From positions 1-61,139 of the forward strand of contig MAVP01000001.1 in the NCBI GenBank assembly GCA_001751075.1: a stretch of 61,139 bases of DNA, given 5' to 3'. The notes under the pieces are model-generated. The model ran no database searches and had not been told where the DNA came from. It saw nothing but the letters and a program-made list of their open reading frames with translations. Within the stretch, counting starts at the first letter, position 1. The number at the start of each line of letters is the position of its first letter. Below are positions 1-7,965 of this stretch, in pieces. Both the position numbers and the translations under genes were made by a program. This DNA is from Desulfobacterales bacterium S7086C20 (GTDB taxonomy: Bacteria; Desulfobacterota; Desulfobacteria; Desulfobacterales; C00003060).

Positions 1-44
1 GGCTGTTCATCATCAATAATGAGAAGCTTAGTCATCGCGCTCTC

Positions 45-2285
45 CTAAGTAGTTGGAAAAGCAAGCCTGAATGTTGTTCCCTCATCCAGAGTAGATTCGA
101 CTTCTATATCGCCGGAGAAGTCTTTTACCAGGTTGTAGCTAATAGATAGTCCTAGGCCGGTTCCTTTCCCCGCTTCCTTTGTGGTAAAGAAAGGTTCAAA
201 AATCTTCTTCTGGGTTTGTTCTGACATTCCCTTCCCTGTGTCAGAGACCATTGCAACAATCTTGTTTCCCTCTTGGTGGGTAGAAATTGTAAGTCTTTTC
301 GGTGTTCCTGCCTCCTTTGCTTCCATGGCATCCCGGGCATTGGTTACCAAATTGAGAAAGATTTGTTCTAATCGGTTTTTGTCGGCCCGAATTTCAGGTA
401 ACCCTTCGTCGAGATCGAGTCGCACCTCGATGTTCCGCAAATTGAGTTGCTGGCCCAGCATAGTAAAGACATCTTGAATCGGTTGATTAATGTCTACCGG
501 ATAAACGTGGAAATCGCTCTTCCGTCCAAACTCTCGCAGATGGTTGATGATATTACTAGACCTGTTTACTTGTTCGCTTATGTTACGGCTAACCTTTAAC
601 AGTTGTTCCTCGGTGATTTCTTTACCGCGCTTTATCATCTTGGCAAGAAAATCGGCCCCTACTTGTATTGCATTCAAGGGTTGATTGATTTCGTGGGCAA
701 TACCGGTAGCCATCTCACCGAGAGTGGCTAACTTGCTCGCTTGGGTGAGCTTGGCAGCCTGTTCGAGGCGCCTGGTTATATCTACTGTCCGGACTATCAA
801 CGCACCTCCAGCGCTTCCATTGCCTGTGTCTTTCAGCTTTCCTGAACGAGCGTGAAGATTTATTACAAGGTGGTCTCCATTCTTTTTCCTTGCCCATGCT
901 TTGGGCACAAAGACATATACATCCTCAGGGGGGTGTGCCAGTTCTTGCCATACCCGTTCTCTCTCTTCAACGTCAAGGAGATCGAGAAACGACATTTGCA
1001 GAAGTTCTTTGAGGTAATATTGGTAAGTCTGGCAGGCTGAATAGTTTACATCCAGGATCTTGCCGGAATCGTAGTCGATCATAAAAAGTGGATTGGGGTC
1101 ATTATTGAACAAAAGACGGTATTTTTCTTCACTTGCCTTTACCTCTTCTTCTATCCGCAAACGATCTTTTACTTCCTGTCTAAGTTTTTTGTTTGCCACG
1201 CTCAATTCGATGGTGCGATCTTTTACACGTTGTTCCAGCTCATTGCGGGCCTTTTGGAGTTCTTTCTCGGCTTGCTTGCGGGCGGAGATGTCTACAACGT
1301 TACCCAAGATAGCGGGTTCGCCCTTATAGTTGATCTGAACGTTTCTCCTCGTAACCCATATGATTTTACCGTCTTTCCTGAGCCCTCTGGATTCATATTC
1401 AGATGGAGCATCTTTGCCTCTTAGCCTCTTAGCCCTTATTTCTTTTACAAGCCTTCTGTCTTTAGGATGAACCAGTTTTAATGACTCAATGCCTATCAGC
1501 TCAGCTTTTGAGTACCCATAGATCTCGGCAAACCGTTTGTTGGCAAATCGAATCTTTCCGCCTTGATCTGTATAGGTGCCGATGAGTGAGTTTTCAACCA
1601 ACGTGCTATACTTTTCCTCCGACTCTCGAAGCGCCCTTACTGCCTGCTTTCGCTCGGCCATCTCGATAGATACATTCTCAATCATATCATTTGTTACTTT
1701 GGCTAAGGATTGTAAGAGGTCTACCTCGGAAATCCCTGATACCCTGGCAGTCAAGTTGCCTTTTGACACGCGATGTAACACGTCAAAGTGTTCAGCAAGA
1801 CCTATGGCAAAGTCGTGCGAAAGGTTGACAATTTCTCCAAGGTTTTCTGCCATAAGGTTGACCATGTGTTTCAATTTGGTGATCAACTCCAGTTCTGATG
1901 TCTCCGAGATTCTAACCTCGGGATCTCCTGACGAGATCTGCTTCAAGGCCTCAAAGACCTCAGAAAGGCCTAGGGCCAACTCCATGCTGGTGCTTTCAAG
2001 CTCCCTGTCTCTTTGCTCAACCAACTTCCTGTATTCATCAAACTGATCATTTACAACCGTTAGGGTTTCTTCCATAGAGTCGAGATCTATGTTTGCCTTA
2101 AAGGGCTCACAGCTAAGACACATCTCTACCTTTTCCAGGAACTTGCCTTGGATTTCTTTCCTACAATGTGTCCCCGAAACCAGCCAACACTTTAACTCCT
2201 TTGATTGGTAGACCGGGCATTCGGATTCATTGCATTTGAGCACCTCCCAGCATTTTATCTTCTTTGTTGTTTTTTCCTTTTTCAT
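45..2285 (-). CDS. Sensor histidine kinase with a Cys-rich N-terminal module, coiled-coil/HAMP-like region, two PAS domains, HisKA and HATPase
   Basis: The ORF 45..2426 was trimmed to the ATG at 2285 (MKKEKTTKKIKCWEV). It has an H-box HEINQPL, a G-box GTGLGLS and two PAS-like blocks. The N-terminus has 7 Cys within about 50 aa. Confidence 0.85.
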   Translation of the reverse strand: MKKEKTTKKIKCWEVLKCNESECPVYQSKELKCWLVSGTHCRKEIQGKFLEKVEMCLSCEPFKANIDLDSMEETLTVVNDQFDEYRKLVEQRDRELESTSMELALGLSEVFEALKQISSGDPEVRISETSELELITKLKHMVNLMAENLGEIVNLSHDFAIGLAEHFDVLHRVSKGNLTARVSGISEVDLLQSLAKVTNDMIENVSIEMAERKQAVRALRESEEKYSTLVENSLIGTYTDQGGKIRFANKRFAEIYGYSKAELIGIESLKLVHPKDRRLVKEIRAKRLRGKDAPSEYESRGLRKDGKIIWVTRRNVQINYKGEPAILGNVVDISARKQAEKELQKARNELEQRVKDRTIELSVANKKLRQEVKDRLRIEEEVKASEEKYRLLFNNDPNPLFMIDYDSGKILDVNYSACQTYQYYLKELLQMSFLDLLDVEERERVWQELAHPPEDVYVFVPKAWARKKNGDHLVINLHARSGKLKDTGNGSAGGALIVRTVDITRRLEQAAKLTQASKLATLGEMATGIAHEINQPLNAIQVGADFLAKMIKRGKEITEEQLLKVSRNISEQVNRSSNIINHLREFGRKSDFHVYPVDINQPIQDVFTMLGQQLNLRNIEVRLDLDEGLPEIRADKNRLEQIFLNLVTNARDAMEAKEAGTPKRLTISTHQEGNKIVAMVSDTGKGMSEQTQKKIFEPFFTTKEAGKGTGLGLSISYNLVKDFSGDIEVESTLDEGTTFRLAFPTT

Positions 2286-2548
2286 CGCAAGTATTTTCCT
2301 ATAGGCCTTGACAGAATTGACCACAAAGTGATATACGATCACAGAACAAAATCTATATATTGTACACATATAGCACACAGGGAGAACGCAATCAAAGGGT
2401 TTCCCATGCAGGCAACATGTGTCCAACAGGTTGGAAGGATTACAGCGCGAGACAGCGCAAAGGTTTCAGTGCATGTTTGCCGCAGTATAATAGCATAATG
2501 GGTGTTGGGGTTCTCGTTGGCCCGTTATTACCAAAAGGAGGGGGAAAG

Positions 2549-2980
2549 ATGTCCAAGAAAATACTAATCGTGGATGATGAGCCAGACATCATTGCTTTTC
2601 TCGGTGCGCTTCTTGACGAAAACGGTTATGCAAGTGTGAGCGCTAAGGATGGAACTGAGGGGCTGGAACTGTTGCGCGACGAAAAACCGGACCTGGTGCT
2701 ACTCGACCTGATGATGCCTAAAAAGAGCGGCATTACTATGTTTCAAGAATTGAGGAAAGACCCTGACCTTAGCAGTGTGCCCGTAGTCGTGGTTACAGGT
2801 GTTTCTGAAGTAACGGGTGTTGACTTCAGGAATTTCATGTTCAAACAACCAATGCGAGACGAAAAGAAATTCGTTGAGACAACGGGTTTGACCAAATACA
2901 CCGTGCCAGACGGCTACATAGAAAAACCTATTGATCCGGATGAGTTGATTAGGACAATAAAGGAGATCTTCAAAGAATAG
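2549..2980 (+). CDS. Stand-alone CheY-like response-regulator receiver
   Basis: ATG at 2549 follows an AAGGAGGGGG RBS. The sequence MSKKILIVDDEPDI...DLVLLDLMMPKKSG...KP is typical of a receiver domain, and there is no output domain. Confidence 0.85.
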   Translation: MSKKILIVDDEPDIIAFLGALLDENGYASVSAKDGTEGLELLRDEKPDLVLLDLMMPKKSGITMFQELRKDPDLSSVPVVVVTGVSEVTGVDFRNFMFKQPMRDEKKFVETTGLTKYTVPDGYIEKPIDPDELIRTIKEIFKE

Positions 2981-2984
2981 TATT

Positions 2985-3157
2985 TGATGGCTTCGCAAAA
3001 AGTCCAAGTTAGCGCTACGCTTCACTGCGTGCCTGTGTTGAGCTGCATCTTTCGTCACTGCGGCGTACGATAAGTACACCTCATTCCTAAAGATTGCGCT
3101 ACTGAAGTGGCTTGAAAACAGTACGCGCGCCTTGAATTTGGAGCTTTTTACTTTGCC
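2985..3157 (+). repeat. Family A structured repeat (variant A1), copy 1
   Basis: It shares CGCAAAAAGTCCA...CGTACGATAAGTAC...GGAGCTTTTTAC with 36728..36934 (close match) and with 33781..33994 and 36935..37154 (same ends and core). Confidence 0.8.
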
Positions 3158-3203
3158 ATTTTTAGGTCATGGAGAAAACCAAGATCTCCAACCAAATCTC
3201 TTC

Positions 3204-3232
3204 TTGACATTATTGCGCTCTTGGCATATAAG
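3204..3232 (+). promoter_or_regulatory. Candidate sigma70 promoter of the cytochrome-rnf operon
   Basis: TTGACA at 3204-3209, a 17-nt spacer, then TATAAG at 3227-3232, about 190 nt upstream of the first ATG. Confidence 0.45.
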
Positions 3233-3419
3233 GCCGACCAATCCTACGTATTTGTATCGTCACCCTAATGTATCCCATAAAAGTGAGGGCGGCAATGTTA
3301 TCATATAGCAAATTTGCACATTTTTATTTCACTCACACCCTTCCATGCTATACGAGTTCTTATCGTTATCTAGCTTCTAAGAAAATAGGACTTAACCTGC
3401 GAAAGGAACGTTTAACGAG

Positions 3420-3785
3420 ATGACATCAAAGGGAGAACAATTGTTTGCGTATGGCCTTGCAGCCATATTGCTTATTGTGGGCGTTGTCTGTTACGCATCC
3501 TTGGCCCCAGAACCCCCTGAAGAACCTATAAGACTCATGTTTAAGACAAGTGCCGGGAAGATCCTATTTGATCACAAGATCCATACAGTTGAAGACGGGT
3601 ACGGCCTTGCGTGCGAGGATTGCCATCATGAGGAACAAGATGAGTCCAGCTCGTGTAGTGGCGAGGATTGCCATGGTCCCGATAGCGAACCAACAAGGGC
3701 TGACGCCTTTCACACTAATTGTAAGGGTTGTCATGAAGAAACTGGTGCAGGACCTGCTGAGTGTTCGGCATGTCATATGAGATAG
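3420..3785 (+). CDS. Membrane-anchored tetraheme cytochrome c (class III, c3-like)
   Basis: One N-terminal TM helix. Heme sites are CEDCH, CSGEDCH (CX4CH), CKGCH and CSACH, with an FDHKIH distal-His pattern. Confidence 0.8.
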   Translation: MTSKGEQLFAYGLAAILLIVGVVCYASLAPEPPEEPIRLMFKTSAGKILFDHKIHTVEDGYGLACEDCHHEEQDESSSCSGEDCHGPDSEPTRADAFHTNCKGCHEETGAGPAECSACHMR

Positions 3786-3822
3786 TAAGTGCTAACAGGG
3801 TTTTAACACGAAGGATCAAACT

Positions 3823-5088
3823 ATGACAAAAAGACCGTTTCTGGGGGTAGTGAAACCCCGTTTATACTACAATGTTGTGCCGGACGAGGTCGAAGAACTT
3901 CCAGCGCCTAAAAAGGTAACTCTGTTGTTGAAAAATGGGCGGAACGGAGGAGTTGCAGATGCAGTGAAGGTGGGTGATAGTGTAAAAACCGGACAGAGGC
4001 TTGGCGTGTCTGCTGGGAGTTCGGAATATGTCATTTCCTCAATAACCGGCACTATTTCTGGTGTAGCCCCCTATGTTGGCGTCTTTGGTCAGGTATTTAC
4101 GGCTATTACCATTGATGCGGGTGGACAGGATACCTGGGATGATGGGTTTAGCAAAGAAGCAAGTCTTGATGTTGCCCAAAGGTTTTTGGAATATATTCCG
4201 GGATGTCCTCCTTTCGCCGTGTTTAGTGATACCGGCAAGACCATACGTAGCATTGTTATAAACGGGATGGATCAAGACCTGTCCCTGACTGTTAATCAGT
4301 GTGTAGTCCAAAATGAGGCCGAAAACCTTAAAAGAGGGGTTCAAATTCTCAAGAAGATAACAGGCCTAGATCGTGTCATTATGGTTGTGCCCGAAAATCT
4401 GGTGCAACAAGCAAGTACCACTGGAGCAGAAGTAAAGAGGGTAGGTAATAGATATCCTGAAAGCCTTCCCCGAATGATTATGAAAAATGTGCTCGGCCAA
4501 GTGGTTTCAGCGGGGGAGACTATTGAAGAGGCAGGAACGGTATTCTTCAGTGCTGAAGCCGTGGCAGCTATAGGAAAAGCATTCGAGTCCGGTCAACTTC
4601 CAGTAAGCAAAATGCTTACCGTAGCTGGAAAAGATGGTAAAACCAAGAATGTGAAGGTGCGGATTGGATCATCCTTAGGTGATGTATTGCGATCATGTCA
4701 GACTGTGACCCATGATCGAGATCGCCTGATTTTGGGTGGGCCCATGACGGGCCTGGCCACTTATTCTGAGGATTTGCCGGTAGGGCCTGACACAGACGGA
4801 ATAGTAGTTCAAGGTGAGGCCGACAGCGCACAGGTTACGGATTATCCATGCATAAACTGTGGGGAATGCGTTCGGGTTTGTCCGGTTAAAATTCCCGTAA
4901 ATATGCTTGTTCGGTTTTTGGAGGCCAGGCTTTATGAAGATGCTAACCAATTGTACGACCTTAACTGCTGTGTTGAATGTGGACTGTGTTCCTATGTTTG
5001 TACGTCCAGGATTCCTGTCCTTCATTATATCAAACTAGGGAAATATGAACTTAGCTTGATCGAAACTTCGGAGGCGGTCAATGGGTAA
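3823..5088 (+). CDS. rnfC: RnfC-like subunit with two 4Fe-4S motifs; the NADH/FMN glycine motif is not recognisable
   Basis: C-terminal CINCGECVRVCP and CVECGLCSYVC, with overall RnfC architecture. Where GLGGAGFP..INGAECEP is expected, the sequence reads IPGCPPFAVF..INGMDQDLSL. Confidence 0.75.
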   Translation: MTKRPFLGVVKPRLYYNVVPDEVEELPAPKKVTLLLKNGRNGGVADAVKVGDSVKTGQRLGVSAGSSEYVISSITGTISGVAPYVGVFGQVFTAITIDAGGQDTWDDGFSKEASLDVAQRFLEYIPGCPPFAVFSDTGKTIRSIVINGMDQDLSLTVNQCVVQNEAENLKRGVQILKKITGLDRVIMVVPENLVQQASTTGAEVKRVGNRYPESLPRMIMKNVLGQVVSAGETIEEAGTVFFSAEAVAAIGKAFESGQLPVSKMLTVAGKDGKTKNVKVRIGSSLGDVLRSCQTVTHDRDRLILGGPMTGLATYSEDLPVGPDTDGIVVQGEADSAQVTDYPCINCGECVRVCPVKIPVNMLVRFLEARLYEDANQLYDLNCCVECGLCSYVCTSRIPVLHYIKLGKYELSLIETSEAVNG

Positions 5089-6115
5089 AGAAAAGAAACT
5101 TGTCGTTCCCCATGCATTATTTCCGTGGCAGCCAGGCAAAGAGGGGAATAAAGCAGAAAAGAGGTTTATCGTCGCCTATGGACCTCATTGGCATGATGGT
5201 GGTAAGATCTCAACAAAGAATTACAACATTGTTGTTGCCGCCCTTCCTGCCGTATTGATGGGGATTAGCCAGTATGGGGCCCCCGCTCTTGGGGTAATCG
5301 CATTGTCCATGGCCTGTGCAATGGTTTGGGAATTTGTTATGAACGTTGTCATGGGAAGGTCCGTTTCCATCGGTGACGGCAGTGCTATGGTAACAGGACT
5401 TCTGTTTGGTATGCTTCTGCCGGCTACTGCTCCCTGGTGGGTTGTTCTTCTGGGCACTTTTGCAGCCATAGTTATAGGGAAACAGATATTCGGTGGAATT
5501 GGGTTTAACCCTTTGAATCCTCCCCTACTTGCCCTTGCCATGTTGGTGATCTCGTTTGATGGAATCTTTGATTTCAATGAAGCATTATTAAACTATGACC
5601 TAGATTTTGCCATGACCTATCCCCTGGCCAACCTTAAGGCTTTTGGTACGGCCGGTATTGGCGAATTTGGCCTGGGCGCCCTCTTCATGGGTAAACAGGC
5701 AGGCGCCATTGGATCTACATTTGGCCTAGGACTTACCATAGGAGGCATTTATCTTCTGTTGAGAGGATATATCCGCTGGGAAATCTCCCTTTCATTTTTG
5801 GCGGGCATTTTTATAACGGCGCTTCTGTTTAACATGGCGGATTCAGCAAAATACGCCGGCCCGGCATTCCACTTGGTCACCGGGTATACATTGATAGCGG
5901 CCTTTTTTCTGATTCCAGAAGACTCTTCGTCTCCAGTCAATTTCATCCCCATGCTCATATTTGGAGTCTTAGCCGGGGTGATGACTGTACTCATTAGGAA
6001 TATTGGGGCCTATGTGGATGGTATTCCCTTTTCCATCCTGCTCTTAAATCTTGCCAATCCACTCCTGGATAAGATCAGACCAAAGGCGATTGGAAAGGTG
6101 GTAGAAAATGCGTGA
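5081..6115 (+). CDS. rnfD: RnfD-like polytopic membrane subunit
   Basis: GGIGFNPLNP block, multiple TM helices, and an ATG overlapping the rnfC stop. There is no SGAT/TGAT motif anywhere in the protein. Confidence 0.8.
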   Translation: MGKEKKLVVPHALFPWQPGKEGNKAEKRFIVAYGPHWHDGGKISTKNYNIVVAALPAVLMGISQYGAPALGVIALSMACAMVWEFVMNVVMGRSVSIGDGSAMVTGLLFGMLLPATAPWWVVLLGTFAAIVIGKQIFGGIGFNPLNPPLLALAMLVISFDGIFDFNEALLNYDLDFAMTYPLANLKAFGTAGIGEFGLGALFMGKQAGAIGSTFGLGLTIGGIYLLLRGYIRWEISLSFLAGIFITALLFNMADSAKYAGPAFHLVTGYTLIAAFFLIPEDSSSPVNFIPMLIFGVLAGVMTVLIRNIGAYVDGIPFSILLLNLANPLLDKIRPKAIGKVVENA

Positions 6116-6701
6116 TATTATCAGGATGATAGTGGTGCTTGCCGTTTTGGCAGCTTGTTCGGGCGGCTTGCTGGCGGCGGTCAAGTCAGGGACTGCTGCG
6201 AAAATCGAAGTTCAGCAACTAACGTTTGTCAAGGGGCCGGCTATTCAGGAGATCCTTAAAGGTTGCACCAACAATCCGATCGAAGATCGCTTTAAACTGA
6301 AAGTGGGGGATGAAGAGAAGACTTTTTTTGTGGGCAAATTCGACAATACCCCTCCAGCCGTTGTTTATGAAACCTTTGGCAAAGGTTTTGCGGGCGATGT
6401 TGGTATTATGGTGGGCGTTAACATTGAAACGGACAAACTTATTGGCATAGGCATTACGACACATTCTGAAACGCCCGGCTTGGGTGCCAGGGCCAAAACC
6501 GACCGAGGTTTTAAGGAGAGCTTTCAGGGACTTTCCATTAAAGACGCTATTAAGGTTAATAAAGATGGCGGTAATGTGGATTCCATATCCGGCGCAACCG
6601 TGACATCCAGAGGGGTGTGTACAGGGATTACCGGTAGTTCTGATATGTACCAAGAACTTAAGCCGAAAATCATGGAAAATGTTAAGGCCTTTGGCAGTTA
6701 G
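6108..6701 (+). CDS. rnfG: RnfG FMN-binding subunit
   Basis: N-terminal anchor plus the SISGATVTSRG flavinylation-type motif. The gene overlaps rnfD. Confidence 0.85.
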   Translation: MRDIIRMIVVLAVLAACSGGLLAAVKSGTAAKIEVQQLTFVKGPAIQEILKGCTNNPIEDRFKLKVGDEEKTFFVGKFDNTPPAVVYETFGKGFAGDVGIMVGVNIETDKLIGIGITTHSETPGLGARAKTDRGFKESFQGLSIKDAIKVNKDGGNVDSISGATVTSRGVCTGITGSSDMYQELKPKIMENVKAFGS

Positions 6702-6712
6702 GGAGAAAAATA

Positions 6713-7321
6713 ATGGCCAAAACGATTGTTCAAGAGTTTACCAAGGGATTGTGGGATGAGATACCACCGTTTCGTCTTGTGCTCGGTCTTTGCCCGGTTT
6801 TAGCGGTGACCAAGACACTAGGCAACGGAGTTGGAATGGGGGTAGCAGCTACGTTTGTGCTTCTGTGTTCCAATATTCTGGTATCGGCGCTTCGTTCGGT
6901 AATACCGGGGAAAGTAAGGGTGCCTTGTTTCATTATCATTATTGCCACCTTTGTTGTTGTAGTAGAACTGGTTATGCAGGCTGTCGCGTATCCCCTTTTT
7001 CTTCAGCTGGGGATCTTTATTCCTTTGATCGTAGTAAATTGTATTATTCTCGGACGAGCTGAGGCCTTTGCCTTTAAGAACGGGGTGGCGGCCGCAGCAG
7101 CTGACGGGCTCGGCATAGGGGCAGGATTTACGATTTCTCTAGCAGCATTAGGGGCCCTTCGGGAAATTCTTGGCAGTGGCACACTGTCAATCCCCTTTTC
7201 AGACAGTGTTATACAAATGTTCGGACCGGACTTTCAGCCTTTTTCTTTCATGATCGAAGCTCCCGGCGCCTTTGTTTGTTTGGGTCTGATGCTTGGGGTC
7301 ATGAACCTGGCCGGAAAATAG
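6713..7321 (+). CDS. rnfE: RnfE membrane subunit
   Basis: Typical RnfE/NqrD-like sequence (LGLCPVLAVT, IPLIVVNCIILGRAE). Confidence 0.85.
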   Translation: MAKTIVQEFTKGLWDEIPPFRLVLGLCPVLAVTKTLGNGVGMGVAATFVLLCSNILVSALRSVIPGKVRVPCFIIIIATFVVVVELVMQAVAYPLFLQLGIFIPLIVVNCIILGRAEAFAFKNGVAAAAADGLGIGAGFTISLAALGALREILGSGTLSIPFSDSVIQMFGPDFQPFSFMIEAPGAFVCLGLMLGVMNLAGK

Positions 7322-7348
7322 TTTTAAAAGGCTGATAAGGAGAATTCC

Positions 7349-7924
7349 ATGGGAGACTATGTCTTACTCGCAATAAGTGCTATTTTGGTCAACAATATTT
7401 TGCTGATCCAGTACTTAGGCAACTGTCCCTTTCTGGGTACGTCTAAGAAGATGGATACTGCAGTGGGCATGGCTATGGCGGTGGTCTTTGTCCTGGCCAT
7501 GGCAGGTATTGTGACCTGGGTCTTGGAAGTCGTCTTTCTGAAACCATTGGGACTTGAATACATGCGCACAATCGTATTTATTTTGGTGATTGCCGCATTA
7601 GTCCAATTCGTGGAGATCTTTCTCAAAAAGAGCATGCCAGCGCTTTATGCGGGGCTGGGGATCTTTCTCCCATTGATTACGACCAATTGTGCTGTTATGG
7701 GGGTGTGTCTGATCAATATCAAAGAGGAGTACAACTTCGTAGAAATGCTTGTCTCTTCCATAGCCTATCCGGCCGGTTTTGGTTTGGCCTTGATTCTTTT
7801 TGCCGGACTGCGTGAACGTATTATCATTGGCCGGGTTCCCAAGCCTATGGAGGACACGGCCATTGCCTTGGTAACAGCAGGATTTATGTCTCTGGCCTTT
7901 ATAGGCTTTAATGGTATGATTTAA
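7349..7924 (+). CDS. rnfA: RnfA membrane subunit
   Basis: Typical RnfA/NqrE-like sequence (NNILLIQYLGNCPFLG, LPLITTNCAVMG). Confidence 0.85.
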   Translation: MGDYVLLAISAILVNNILLIQYLGNCPFLGTSKKMDTAVGMAMAVVFVLAMAGIVTWVLEVVFLKPLGLEYMRTIVFILVIAALVQFVEIFLKKSMPALYAGLGIFLPLITTNCAVMGVCLINIKEEYNFVEMLVSSIAYPAGFGLALILFAGLRERIIIGRVPKPMEDTAIALVTAGFMSLAFIGFNGMI

Positions 7925-7965
7925 TAGAGGCTCTTGGCAATTTTTAATATGAAAGAGGTTAAAAA

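Noticed and set aside
2360-2548. Upstream extension of the response-regulator ORF
   Set aside because: The receiver domain begins at the ATG at 2549, which has a strong RBS. The extension has no recognisable motif.
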